Of a stretch of DNA of 64,000 bases, positions 29,552-40,005 are shown in pieces. The position numbers were made by a program, and so were the translations under genes. The stretch's first letter is position 1. Every line of letters starts with the position of its first letter. The notes beneath the pieces are model-generated. The model was not told the origin of the DNA. It worked only from the letters and a program-made list of their open reading frames with translations, and did no database searches. Location of the stretch: the NCBI GenBank assembly GCA_963706575.1, contig CAVPNL010000004.1, positions 224,001 to 288,000 on the forward strand. The letters are read 5' to 3'. The DNA comes from an uncultured delta proteobacterium (GTDB lineage Bacteria > Desulfobacterota > Desulfobacteria > Desulfobacterales > JAHEIW01).

Positions 29552-30689
29552 TTACCAGTGCAACGCCAAACGGTTATCTCTGTCCAATTTTACGCGGGTT
29601 CCAAAGGAGGCACCTTCTCTATTTAACGTATTCATTAGCCAGATCGCCTCTGCGCCTGAAGCCCGGTTTACCTTAAATCGCCTAATCCTGAGTCGGGGTC
29701 ATTTGCAAACTGATAAGCTTTCCATTCGCGGAATTTACGGTGGCAAAATACATCAAGGACAAATCCGCCCTGAATTCTTCATATCCGCCGATGCCTTCGT
29801 AGTCATTTAAAAAATCACCGCAGCCGTAAAGAATGAGTCTGTCCCTGTAAACTTCAATTGCTTTGACATGATGCGATGAATGCCCATGAATGATGTCGAC
29901 ACCGCCATCATCAATCAGTCGATGCGCAAAACGTCTTTGCTTGCGGGAAATATCATATCCCCAGTTCCCGCCCCAGTGCATGGATATCACCACAATATCG
30001 CCCGCGCGTTTAACTTCCTGAATTTTTCTCTGAATATGGCGCATGGATTTAGCGCCCAGGCCGGGCAGCAGATTTACACCGGGTCTATTTTGCCCGGCGG
30101 CCCAGGTCAATGGAATCCCGCTGCTGGCCAAACCGAATGCGAACACCAGCACCCTGCCATTGCCTGCGACAGGAAGCACGGCTGGTGCCCCGGCCTCTGC
30201 GATATTTTGTCCGGCCCCGGCGGTTTTTATGTTGACAGTTTTCAGTGATTCCAGGGTCTCAGAAAGACCCACATATCCCCAGTCCAAAACGTGGTTGTTG
30301 GCCAGAGAACAGCCGTTTATACCGGCTGCCGTCAAACTGGCAATATTTTTGGGATGCATCCGGTAGTTGATCCCTTTGCCTTCCCAATAATCGTTACTGT
30401 TGGTGACGCTGGTTTCCAGATTGATCAGCCTCAGATGCGGTGCCGCTCGATCCAATTCCTCAAGGGCGTCGCCCCAGATGTATGCAAAGCTGACCGGTTG
30501 CTGAATGGGGCCGTTTACTTCTTCAGCCAGTTTGACATATCCCCTGGCACTTTTCAGGTAGGACTCGTATATTTCAGGGTCAGCGGGGTGCGGCAGCACC
30601 TGATCAATGCCTCTGCCGGTCATGACATCACCGCACATAAATATCTTGATGTGGCCTGCCATATCTTGCCCAATTGCCGGTGTCCACAT
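29552..30689 (-). CDS. CapA-family metallophosphoesterase; +1 frameshift near 29687; start uncertain
   Basis: GDVM, NLET, LANNHVLDWG, HWG, HGHSSH, YGCGDF; other frame continues IRRFKVNRAS...LALHW*. Confidence 0.85.
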
Positions 30690-30771
30690 AACCGCGGAAA
30701 GAAAACACCCGGTTAAACTGTAAAAAAGAAATTTGCGGAATCGAGCCGATATGAATCGGGCGTCCCAGAAT

Positions 30772-31538
30772 CTATTGCCACAATCCTTTTGCAACGCAGG
30801 CTTTTTTGACAAAGGGATTTTCATTTTTTTGTATCTCTTCGATCCTTTTGGCTCGCTTACATTCCCATTCATCAACCGGGTCCTGTTGATCCCAGGTTTT
30901 GAAAAGCTTGCGGTCTTGCTCATTGATGAGGTCATAGGCAGGATAGGCCCAATCCATGTAGAAATATATCCTGGCGATATCGCCCCTTACTTCAGCAGGG
31001 GGTTCTACTTCACTGTGTGCGATCTCAATATCACAATTGCCGAAACCGGCCTTTTCTCCCGGAACCATTCCATAATTGCAATTTGATCTTAACTCACTGA
31101 TTTCTCCGATAGCCGGAACCAGGTTGTAAAGATCACACTGCATAAACCTGAAATTGATATTCATCTTTTCAGCACAATTCAGTCCCTTAAAAGGCCTGCC
31201 CCGGCTATCCAGGCATTTCGGGTGCCCATCGCGCCATTCGGAAAATTTGTAGCCGAAAGAATCGAGACGAACGATATGCTCCCACTCCAGCCGGCTGGCC
31301 CCTTTCGATTTTCTTTTGGGAACGTACCCGTTATTGTGGATCACATAATTCCCCTGTGTGTACTGGGAGCCGCAATAAAAGGTTTGCTGATGGCCGCGGT
31401 AAATTTCCCGCATCAGGATTCTTTTGGCTTTGCTGAAGGACTGAATTTGGCGGTTGCCTTTGCTGCGCGGCATAAACCGGATCCGTTAACTAGGCAGATC
31501 AAAACCAGAGCCATTATAAAATGTCCGAATTTCTTCAT
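30772..31538 (-). CDS. endA: Endonuclease I (EndA/Vvn) family; signal peptide separated by a one-base frameshift near 31460
   Basis: TFYCG, LEWEHIV, DLYNLVPAIGE, RGDIARIYFYM, DPVDEWEC; upstream RBS and MKKFGHFIMALVLICLV in the adjacent frame. Confidence 0.8.
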
Positions 31539-31751
31539 CGCATAATCCTCAATTTGTATGTGGGCAAAGCGAAAGCGAAAAAGGAGGGAAGCCCTGTTTT
31601 TTTCTCAGTGCTACCCCTACCGCATATAAATGGGATTAGTCAACCAAGTCTCCGCCTAATGCAAAAACAGAACGGCCATCACGGTGATCTTGCGATCCTA
31701 TTTGTCAATCAACCGTTAAGAAAAAATACCTAATTGATATTTCTTAATTAA

Positions 31752-31788
31752 ATAAAGCCCGCTGGTATACCAGCGGGCTTTATTTTTG
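31752..31788. terminator. Intrinsic terminator
   Basis: AATAAAGCCCGCTGG-tata-CCAGCGGGCTTTATT; same stem as 26756. Confidence 0.85.
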
Positions 31789-31811
31789 CTCAAGCGTGTA
31801 AAAACGGCCGG

Positions 31812-32633
31812 CTAAGTCGAAACCGCCTCGGGAAACCCGTGCCTTAAAGCGAGCTTGCCGAACATTTGGGCCAGCCCGACCCCCAGCGAAAAAACAGAGC
31901 CCACATCAAGATTTTTGTCTGCGGTTTCGTCAAAAAAAACATTGAGACTGGATTCCAGTCCGTCTTCGGGCAACCAGTAACAGATCATGATGGGAACTGC
32001 TGGCAACGGATGCAGCACGACGGATATATCGGATTTGAATTGTTTTTCCACCTGCTTTCCGCTGAATATGTGGACCATGTCGTCAAAAAGATTTGTATAG
32101 GTGTCAGCCACCCGCTTCATGGACTGTTCGCAGCGTTTCTGAAATAGGGGATAGCGTTCCTGGCCGTCTTTCAATTCGCGGAATGAAATCCAGTTTCCCG
32201 TAGCCGGCAGCCCCTTGCCGTATAAAACGTAGCTGAGAAAGGGAACCGCTACCCAGGGATTGATATGGATGTCGGCGGATAGATTTCCCTTGGTATCGAC
32301 GCTGAAATCCTTGCCCAGCACTTTGAGCGTCAGTTTGCCGCCTGCGAATTTAGCGCCCACTTTTTCTGCGGCGCGGGCAAGATCTGCAGCGGCGACCTCG
32401 TTTTTCAGTCCTACCAGGTAGTCTGCCCCCTCTACAAAAATATTATTCGGATCTTCGTCTGCCCCGGAAAAGCGCTCGATGGTTTTCTGGTCCAGCTTGG
32501 GGCAGTCTGTGATTTTTCGCCTACCCTGGAAAACCGCTCCGGCAAATGCCAGACATGTCTTTTCGCCGCACTCCCGGCAGTTGGACTTGTCGAGCAACTG
32601 AAAGATTTCCATAGCGTGTTTCGGTTGCGGCAT
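31812..32633 (-). CDS. Fe-S binding plus DUF3786 domain protein
   Basis: NCRECGEKTCLAFA...CP; WISFREL; LPAVPIMICYW. Confidence 0.85.
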   Translation of the reverse strand: MPQPKHAMEIFQLLDKSNCRECGEKTCLAFAGAVFQGRRKITDCPKLDQKTIERFSGADEDPNNIFVEGADYLVGLKNEVAAADLARAAEKVGAKFAGGKLTLKVLGKDFSVDTKGNLSADIHINPWVAVPFLSYVLYGKGLPATGNWISFRELKDGQERYPLFQKRCEQSMKRVADTYTNLFDDMVHIFSGKQVEKQFKSDISVVLHPLPAVPIMICYWLPEDGLESSLNVFFDETADKNLDVGSVFSLGVGLAQMFGKLALRHGFPEAVST

Positions 32634-32860
32634 GCCGCCTCTCTTTCACTGTCATTTCAATTCGAATAAACCGTGCCACCCCAAATTTTTACCATTAACA
32701 AGCAAAAGGTCAAGGTTTGCCTTCTTTTAAAATTTAAAAATTTTAAGATCAGGTGGATGATTACAACATTTAGCAGTGGTTTCAGTTTGGGGTTGATTGC
32801 CGGCCCGATAAAAACTATAAAAACCCTAATCGACAGCTACATTTCATTTGGAGGTTTCTT

Positions 32861-33241
32861 ATGTCATATCGCTTTCATCACGTTCATATCATCTGCAAAG
32901 ATCTTGAAAAAATGGTTCGCTTCTTTACTGAAGTCCTGGAGGCAAAGCTGACCGACCTGAGAAAATTCGGCACAGCCGACGGGGCTTCCCTTGATTTAAA
33001 CGGCACCACCGTTAACCTGAGAGTTGCTAGAGAAGATGAGGAAATGGTTGGAGATGCTTCACAATCGACATACGGCTATGATCATATCGGCCTGGAGGTC
33101 GAAGATATCGAAAGCGTATTCAAAGACCTGACTGCACGGGGATTTTCATTTTTAATGCCGCCCACGGAAATACCCCACCTGAAAATCGCCTTCTTCAAAG
33201 GTCCTGAAGATATTACGATTGAATTATGTCAGCCGGCCTAA
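32861..33241 (+). CDS. VOC/glyoxalase family protein
   Basis: FHHVHI, DHIGLEVEDI, FFKGPEDITIEL. Confidence 0.9.
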   Translation: MSYRFHHVHIICKDLEKMVRFFTEVLEAKLTDLRKFGTADGASLDLNGTTVNLRVAREDEEMVGDASQSTYGYDHIGLEVEDIESVFKDLTARGFSFLMPPTEIPHLKIAFFKGPEDITIELCQPA

Positions 33242-33297
33242 CTAGAAGTGGTCCGAGGCCCTTTCAGTGCCAGAATTGTCTGATATTCCATTTGATT

Positions 33298-33489
33298 TTA
33301 TCCGGGTGTTGCGGTCTTGGTGGGGTTAGATGGGTGGTTTTTGGGTTGATTAATCGTAACGGCTCTGTTGCTTGGCATTGATCGCCTGTTTTTCTCATCC
33401 TGCTCGGGTTTGCTGGATAGAGAAACAAAAAAAAGTCCTAAATACCCCAAACACAAAAGGATGATGCCGATGGTGGTCAAAGTAGTCAT
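33298..33489 (-). CDS. Small single-TM hypothetical protein
   Basis: Hydrophobic N-terminus; RBS-like aaggg. Confidence 0.45.
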   Translation of the reverse strand: MTTLTTIGIILLCLGYLGLFFVSLSSKPEQDEKNRRSMPSNRAVTINQPKNHPSNPTKTATPG

Positions 33490-33531
33490 AAAAAATCAGC
33501 CCTTTTTAAAATTTGAAACGCTCAATTCAGG

Positions 33532-33705
33532 TTAAAGTTTATTTAATTCGTCTTCAGGAATACCAGTTAAACGACCCATTTCAACGGCTTGTTTTAAAAG
33601 CTCACCCGGCGGATCGTCACCCCGATTTCGAATTCTTGAGATTTTTAGAACGAATTTGAGGTACTCAAGCTTATTTTCAAAAGGATATTTATCGTCTATT
33701 TCCAT
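33532..33705 (-). CDS. 57-aa hypothetical protein (absent from the ORF track)
   Basis: Manual translation MEIDDKYPFENKLEYLKFVLKISRIRNRGDDPPGELLKQAVEMGRLTGIPEDELNKL*. Confidence 0.55.
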   Translation of the reverse strand: MEIDDKYPFENKLEYLKFVLKISRIRNRGDDPPGELLKQAVEMGRLTGIPEDELNKL

Positions 33706-33937
33706 GTCAGCCTGCTACGGATATTACGTTTAGGACGGCTCCGTCATAAAGTCCACTCTACAGTAGGCAACCCCCAGGGACAAAAACCATGCGCATCGGA
33801 TTGGTTTTCATTAATCGGACAGTTACTATCATCGGATTATTTTAGATGGAACTTGAGCCGGATTTCGCTGTTTTTAAAGGGCAATGTTGAGCATTTGAGA
33901 TTTGAGGTTATCGATATACGCTTTCGGCAATTTCTTA

Positions 33938-34123
33938 GAACCCATCTCAAAAATAGGATTTTGGTTCAAGATCGCGGCGGGGCCGTTTTCCCGCGTTGCG
34001 GGATTCCCCGTCATCTTATAATCTTTGTGGGTCGCAAACCGGAGGCATACTGTTGTATGTCGAGGATTTGAAACGAGGGTCCAACAAAGATATTGGGCCA
34101 AAAGACATTTTTGAGATGGATTC
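33938..34123. mobile_element. MITE, longer copy of 7167-7308
   Basis: Same terminal repeats and body, plus about 44 bp of extra internal sequence containing a hairpin. Confidence 0.85.
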
Positions 34124-34532
34124 TTGTTGACAGCAGCGTTTGACATCCAGCCATTTAAGTTGTGAAATTAATTACATAATTTTGGATAACCGGTTACCAC
34201 CCCTGGCATAGGCTCGCTGTCATATTTATCATAACTATATGAAATCATTATATTATATTTTTTATGTGAACAGGCTTGTTTAGCATGATATTTGCAGAGT
34301 CTTATTTAAGGGGGGTCATATGGGATTTTAATACCGTTCACCGATAGAAAAACCCCTCTGAGGAATTACATCACAATACCGCTTAGATTCAACAATTACA
34401 CCCGCCAATTGTTTCTCAATTATCCATCTTTGCGAATGGTTTAACCCGATTGCCTTTTATGCGTGGCAGCGACAGTTGTCTGGGTTGGCCTCGCGCAAGT
34501 CAGGAAAGGCTCTGGTCGGAGGTAAAATTGTG

Positions 34533-35888
34533 ATGTCCCATAATATCGGTTTTGTTTCAACGCGATTTGCGGGAATAGATGGGGTTTCTTTAGAAGCCGG
34601 CAAGTGGGCGGATGTATTAGAAACCGAGGGGCACAACTGTTTTTGGTTTGCCGGCGAGCTGGATAAAGATCCGGAAAAAAGTTATCTGGCTCCTGAAGCG
34701 CATTTTAAGCACCCTTATAATCAGTGGATAAACCGGCAGGTTTTTGGAAAAACAGACAGAACGTCTTCTGTCATGGCCTCCATTGAAAACCTGAAAAACA
34801 TCTTAAATGTCCGGCTTCAGGAATTCATCGATAATTTTCATATTGACCTTTTAATTGTCGAAAACGCGCTGGCGATTCCCTTGAACATTCCGCTCGGTCT
34901 GGCATTAGCGGAACTGACTGCAGAGACTCAGATTCCCACCATTGCCCATCATCATGATTTTTTCTGGGAAAGAAATCGTTTACGGATAAATGCTGTCGGA
35001 GATTATCTGCACAATTTCTTTCCACCCCGATTGTCCAACGTCCAACATGTCGTTATTAATTCCATGGCGCGTTTTGAACTAATCCGCCGTCGAGGCATTA
35101 CGGCAACCATCATCCCCAACGTACTCGATTTCGACAACCCGCAACCCGTCAACCACCGGGATTACATAAATTTTCTTGAATCCTTCGGACTGCAACAAGA
35201 CCATAAAACCATACTGCAACCCACCCGCATTGTTCGCAGAAAAGGGATCGAGCATGCAATTGACCTGGTCGAAAATCTAAAAGATCCGCACTATAAATTG
35301 CTTATATCCCACGAGGCCGGTGATGAGGGTTTGGAATATGCCGAATGGATCAAATATTATGCCCTTAAACGTGGCGTAGATCTGCGGTTGGCCCAAAAAT
35401 CCATATCGAGTCCATGGCTTCATCCAAGGCATCATGTGAATGGACATTCCCTCTGGAATGTCTACGCTCATGCCGATTTTGTGACCTTCCCCAGTCTTTA
35501 CGAAGGCTTTGGCAATGCATTTTTAGAGGCCATTTATTTTAAAAAACCGCTGCTTGTGAACCGCTACGCCACCTTTGTGAGCGATATCGAGCCCAAAGGA
35601 TTCGATTTAGTGAAAATGGACGGGGAGATAACGGCTAAAACCGTGCAGGAGGTCAGAAAAATTTTGGATTCACCGGAGAAAACAGCAGAAATGGTGAATC
35701 TAAATTATGAAATCGCCAAACGGCACTATTCTTATGACGTTCTGCGGTGCCTATTGAATCCGATTATGGATCGAATGCTGGGCAAAGTGGATTTTGAGGA
35801 AAACGCCGTAATTTCTATGAATCGGCAGGCGGTATACGATTTAAAATTAAAGCCGGATGTGTGTCTGTTTTCTTATCTAAAGAATTAG
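34533..35888 (+). CDS. GT4 glycosyltransferase (mannosylglucosylglycerate synthase-like)
   Basis: DGVSLEAGKW, HHHDFFWER, QPTRIVRRKGIEHAI, PSLYEGFGNAFLEA. Confidence 0.85.
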   Translation: MSHNIGFVSTRFAGIDGVSLEAGKWADVLETEGHNCFWFAGELDKDPEKSYLAPEAHFKHPYNQWINRQVFGKTDRTSSVMASIENLKNILNVRLQEFIDNFHIDLLIVENALAIPLNIPLGLALAELTAETQIPTIAHHHDFFWERNRLRINAVGDYLHNFFPPRLSNVQHVVINSMARFELIRRRGITATIIPNVLDFDNPQPVNHRDYINFLESFGLQQDHKTILQPTRIVRRKGIEHAIDLVENLKDPHYKLLISHEAGDEGLEYAEWIKYYALKRGVDLRLAQKSISSPWLHPRHHVNGHSLWNVYAHADFVTFPSLYEGFGNAFLEAIYFKKPLLVNRYATFVSDIEPKGFDLVKMDGEITAKTVQEVRKILDSPEKTAEMVNLNYEIAKRHYSYDVLRCLLNPIMDRMLGKVDFEENAVISMNRQAVYDLKLKPDVCLFSYLKN

Positions 35889-36071
35889 GTATGAATTTTT
35901 TGGGTAATAAATGAAGTAATACGATCACAACTCAAATGCTTCTATGGTTATCAGACTTTACAGATTCGCTCTATTCATTGCCTGGATTACAATTTTAATC
36001 TGGGTTGCACTTGAAGTGGATAGGATGAAAATATTAAAATTTTAGTCTCAATCGGCAATTTGGAAAGATCG

Positions 36072-37247
36072 TTATTCTTTTATAAAAAGCTTGCGAGGAA
36101 AATTGGCAAAAGTTTCATGGCCGTCATCGGTGACGCGCAAAGATTCGCTGCACTCAAAGCCCCAATCGTCCATCCACATCCCCAGGATCATATGAAACGT
36201 CATATTCGGCTCCAGAATTGTTTTGTCTCCGGGCCGCAAACTGGCGGTGTGCTCCCCCCAATCCGGCGGATAGTTTAATCCCACGGAATAGCCAATGCGG
36301 GATTCTTTTTCTAAACCGGCCCGGGCAATCACCTGACGCCATGCCAATTCGATTTCTTCACACGTCACGCCGGGCTTAATCGCATCGAGTGCCGTATTAC
36401 AACCCTCGACCACAACCTTGGAGGTGTCAACCAGGTTGCCGGGCGGGTTTTTACCGAGATACATCGTTCTTGCCAAAGGGCTATGGTAGCGGTTATGGCA
36501 GGCTGCCAGTTCCATATTTACAGCGATTTCATTTTGATACGGTTCGTCCGTCCAGGTAAGGTGTGGGGTGGATGTCTTTTCTCCGCAAGGCATCATCGGA
36601 ACGAAGGACGTATAATCACCCCCGTAGCTGTCTGTTCCACGGATTTGAGTACGATAAATTTCAGCAACCGCATCACATTCTCTAACGCCCGGTGCAACGG
36701 TATCAATGGCCGTTTGCATTACGCGCTCGGCGATTTTCCCGGCCTTTTGCATAAATTCAATTTCCCTGGCTGATTTTACTATTCTCACCCAGCTGACCAA
36801 TAAATTCGCATCATCAAATTTGGCGTTTGGCAGGCTCTTTTGCAGTTCGACAAAACTTTTGGCACTAAAATAATAGGCATCCATTTCCGTGCCGATGGTT
36901 TTTGTATCCCATCCGCGTTTTTTTATTTCATCCGCGACAACCTGCATCGGGTGCTTGACGGGCGTTTGAACATAATCATCCGCATAACCGATGATGCGTT
37001 CATCGGATAAATAAGTGGTATGTTTAGCGCCATTGGCATCCATACCGCGGCCAATCCAGATGGGTTCGTCATCGTCTATCGATAGGACCACAACCTGCGG
37101 AACATAAAAAGACCAGCCGTCATATCCGGTTAAGTAATTCATATTGGCCGGATCGGATACGACAAGAATATCAATACCCTTTTCTGTCATACTCATTTTG
37201 GTTTTGCGCACCCGCTCCTGATATTCTTCAATGTCAAACAGTGCCAT
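36072..37247 (-). CDS. doeA: Ectoine hydrolase-like M24 family enzyme
   Basis: DPANMNYLTGYDGWSFY, PHLTW, GLNYPPDWGE signature. Confidence 0.75.
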   Translation of the reverse strand: MALFDIEEYQERVRKTKMSMTEKGIDILVVSDPANMNYLTGYDGWSFYVPQVVVLSIDDDEPIWIGRGMDANGAKHTTYLSDERIIGYADDYVQTPVKHPMQVVADEIKKRGWDTKTIGTEMDAYYFSAKSFVELQKSLPNAKFDDANLLVSWVRIVKSAREIEFMQKAGKIAERVMQTAIDTVAPGVRECDAVAEIYRTQIRGTDSYGGDYTSFVPMMPCGEKTSTPHLTWTDEPYQNEIAVNMELAACHNRYHSPLARTMYLGKNPPGNLVDTSKVVVEGCNTALDAIKPGVTCEEIELAWRQVIARAGLEKESRIGYSVGLNYPPDWGEHTASLRPGDKTILEPNMTFHMILGMWMDDWGFECSESLRVTDDGHETFANFPRKLFIKE

Positions 37248-37302
37248 GGCGCCTCCTCGATCGTTTTCATTTTTATCGTTATTTGTGGATACCCTTCACA
37301 AA

Positions 37303-38364
37303 TCAGCTTGTTTTGCCGTTGATCCTTATCCGGCAAACCTCATCCCCTCTTGTCTTACACTGAGGAACTTCGGCAGTAAACGCGGCATCATAGTTTGATG
37401 CTATTCCCGTATAACATCTCTCACAGTATATTCTCATAGTTGACAGTCCACCCAGCCAATTCCACGTTTCAGCAAAAGGACAATAAGAGACCTCTATCTC
37501 GATCCCATCAGCGTTCACTTTTGTCTCTGTCTCCCATGAGATCCTGTAGGGGTGGTCAAAATTAAAATATAAGCTTTCCGGTCCGTTCCCCCACTTTTTC
37601 TCATCCCTTTGCTTTCCAAGGGTGGCCGCACGGCTTACCGCCCAAAGATCTATGATTTTAGCAAATTCGGCTTCCGCCTCATCTGGGTGGAATTCTGAAA
37701 GTACTTCCCAGAGAAAATAAATTCTGCCGGCCGTAATACGGGACTTGCGCCTTAGACCGCACCATACGGCTTCTTTTTCAGTGTCCCTTTGCCAGTCCTT
37801 TAGGACATCCTGTCCTGGATATGGATCGATTGCCTCTGGCTCTTTGGCATTTGGCGGCAGGACAAAATTAAAAGTGCATTCATCATCTCTTTTCATTATA
37901 CATTCGGGAATAACAACGACAGCGTCCGGGTGGTATCCCCTTACAAATTGTATATGGAATTCATCGCATAAAACGTGTCCCCACAACCAGAAATCACTTT
38001 CGCGCCAGGGTTCTGAAACCGGGCAGGCGCATTCACCCTTTTTTACCGGGACCTTGACATTTCCGGGGTGCCAGCTCCCTTGCTTCTCCCATTCATCCAT
38101 TAAATGGTATGTCGCTGCGGCACTGTCCCAGTTTTTGCATAGTGTTTCCACATTTATGGGAAGCCCAAGGGCCATATGTCCCTTGCGCAACTCGCGCCCC
38201 CGCCACTGCCCCCATCGTCTAAGCCACCGCCTTACGGTGCGCTCACCCTCTGCGCCGAAGTCTTCGGTGAGTGCTCTGGCCGCTTCCATATAAAACCAGC
38301 CCGATGCGCGGATCATTATCGGTAACGCTGTCGTGATTTCTTCAATCGTAATTTCTTTAGTCAC
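37303..38364 (-). CDS. Tandem ATC-hydrolase/V4R-like domain protein
   Basis: Two repeats of CP..E.W....C ... C....D..C. Confidence 0.7.
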   Translation of the reverse strand: MTKEITIEEITTALPIMIRASGWFYMEAARALTEDFGAEGERTVRRWLRRWGQWRGRELRKGHMALGLPINVETLCKNWDSAAATYHLMDEWEKQGSWHPGNVKVPVKKGECACPVSEPWRESDFWLWGHVLCDEFHIQFVRGYHPDAVVVIPECIMKRDDECTFNFVLPPNAKEPEAIDPYPGQDVLKDWQRDTEKEAVWCGLRRKSRITAGRIYFLWEVLSEFHPDEAEAEFAKIIDLWAVSRAATLGKQRDEKKWGNGPESLYFNFDHPYRISWETETKVNADGIEIEVSYCPFAETWNWLGGLSTMRIYCERCYTGIASNYDAAFTAEVPQCKTRGDEVCRIRINGKTS

Positions 38365-38404
38365 CGGGTACCTCTCTATCCCTATTTATTAGACACTGAC
38401 GATT

Positions 38405-38435
38405 CGACATTATATCCGATAGACCATAAAATCAA
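38405..38435 (-). promoter_or_regulatory. Shared promoter module, copy A
   Basis: Minus strand TTGATT-17-TAATGT. Confidence 0.55.
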
Positions 38436-38515
38436 TTCATTTGAAGCCTCAGCCGGCTCATTCTTTTAGTGTCAAAATCGATCTTTATCGGGTGGCCGCC
38501 GTTCACCTTTCACCT

Positions 38516-39811
38516 TCACGTTCTGGAATGTAAAAAGGACTCACGCCATTTAACCGGTTCTTCAAGAACAAAAGCACCAACTGCAGCAAAAAGTGAGGTT
38601 ATCATACTTGCTAAAATAGGAATCGTATAACTCTGAAGCAGATCAAAAATGAAGCCGGCAATAGTCGGGCCTATCAGATTTCCTACGGCAACGCTGGTAT
38701 AAATCATGCCAATAATACCACTTATGTTTGGGCCGCTGAAATAATCCGCTGTCACTGCCGGCAAAATTGCAACATAGCCGCCATAGCAGGCGCCAAATAT
38801 GAACGCAAATATGGCCAGTTGCCAAACATTTGCCGCTACCAGCCACCAGGCAAAAATGGCTGCAGCGCCAACGTACATGGCAGCAAGCGATCGGCGCCGA
38901 CCGAACTTATCCGCGACGCTGCCGAGTAAAAAGCGCCCCACGATACTGCCAACACCAATCAGGCTGAATAACATAACCCCGGTTGCTTTCGGCAGCCCGA
39001 GATCATTTGAAAAAGGTATCAGGTGAACAAAAGGAATAAACAGCCCCAGACCAAAGCTGAAAGATCCTGCATAGAGAAGCCAGAACGGCTTTGTGCGCAA
39101 AGCGTCTTTTAAGCTTATTTCACGAACACCTGTTGCTTCAGGTTTAAAAGTTTCTTGGGGTGTATTGAGGGCATCAGCCTCGATCACGTCTCCGTCCGGA
39201 GCCAAACCGCGCCTTTCCGGTGATTCAGCGATAAGAATCGCCGCGCTTACGCCGCAGATAAAAACCAGGATGCTCATAACTAGATAGGCAGTGCGCCAGT
39301 CACTCCAGTGAATCAGGGCTGCAGAAAAAATTGGCATTCCTAAAGTGCCGAGACCGATCCCCATAACGGCTAAACCGGAAGCGAGACCGCGCCGTTTCAC
39401 AAACCAGCGCTGCACCACCCCCATGGAAGGCGCATAAGCGAAGCCTATACCGACCCCGATGCCAAGGCTGTAGACCGCATATATTTGCCACATCGTTTTC
39501 GCCCGGCTGGATAGCAATAGACTTATGCTGATGACAATCACGCCAAAAATAATGACGCGGCGTGAACCAAAACGGTCAGCAATCTGCCCACTAAGCGGGC
39601 TGAGGCTGAAATAGAGAAACCCGGCAATTGCAAAAACAAATGAAACGGAACTGCGGGATGTGCCAAATTCCATCTGCAGTGATTCAAAAAAGGTCGAAAA
39701 GGTATAAGCACTGCCAAATGCCAGCAACAGTATTACGAAAACACAGGCAACAATAATCCAGCCGTAAAAAATAGTCTTCTTTTTTGAAAGCGGATTTTGG
39801 TTTTTATCCAT
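38516..39811 (-). CDS. MFS transporter (OFA/MCT-like)
   Basis: 12 TM pattern; ADRFGSRR, WFVKRRGLASG, ADKFGRRR. Confidence 0.92.
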   Translation of the reverse strand: MDKNQNPLSKKKTIFYGWIIVACVFVILLLAFGSAYTFSTFFESLQMEFGTSRSSVSFVFAIAGFLYFSLSPLSGQIADRFGSRRVIIFGVIVISISLLLSSRAKTMWQIYAVYSLGIGVGIGFAYAPSMGVVQRWFVKRRGLASGLAVMGIGLGTLGMPIFSAALIHWSDWRTAYLVMSILVFICGVSAAILIAESPERRGLAPDGDVIEADALNTPQETFKPEATGVREISLKDALRTKPFWLLYAGSFSFGLGLFIPFVHLIPFSNDLGLPKATGVMLFSLIGVGSIVGRFLLGSVADKFGRRRSLAAMYVGAAAIFAWWLVAANVWQLAIFAFIFGACYGGYVAILPAVTADYFSGPNISGIIGMIYTSVAVGNLIGPTIAGFIFDLLQSYTIPILASMITSLFAAVGAFVLEEPVKWRESFLHSRT

Positions 39812-39842
39812 CTCAAACGTGTTTGTGGGGATTATTGAGGTT

Positions 39843-39892
39843 GGGCCACGCTAACTATTTGACATTATATTACATAGATCTTAAGATCAAGC
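39843..39892 (-). promoter_or_regulatory. Shared promoter-leader module, copy B
   Basis: TTGATC-17-TAATGT-caaatagttagcgtggccc. Confidence 0.65.
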
Positions 39893-40005
39893 CATTTGGC
39901 ACCCAGGAAGGCCTATATTAGGATCAAAATCACCCTTCATGTAAAAAAGATATAGTTTAATTGACTTCAAAAGCATAAAGCGCAGGCATTTTCGGAGGTC
40001 GTATA

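Noticed and set aside
24137..31462. Frameshifts in the adhesin (two), CapA-like and endA genes as programmed frameshifting or phase variation
   Set aside because: All are single-base indels in short homopolymers across unrelated genes, with no slippery site or long tract. Sequencing or assembly error is more likely; read data are needed.
7254..34146. ORFs 7254-7454, 13928-14113, 28415-28667 and 33853-34146 sharing peptide motifs
   Set aside because: The similarity comes from translated MITE/REP DNA, not from a protein family.
34300..34530. Riboswitch in the long GT4 leader
   Set aside because: No recognisable consensus of known riboswitch classes by eye; an Rfam scan would settle it.
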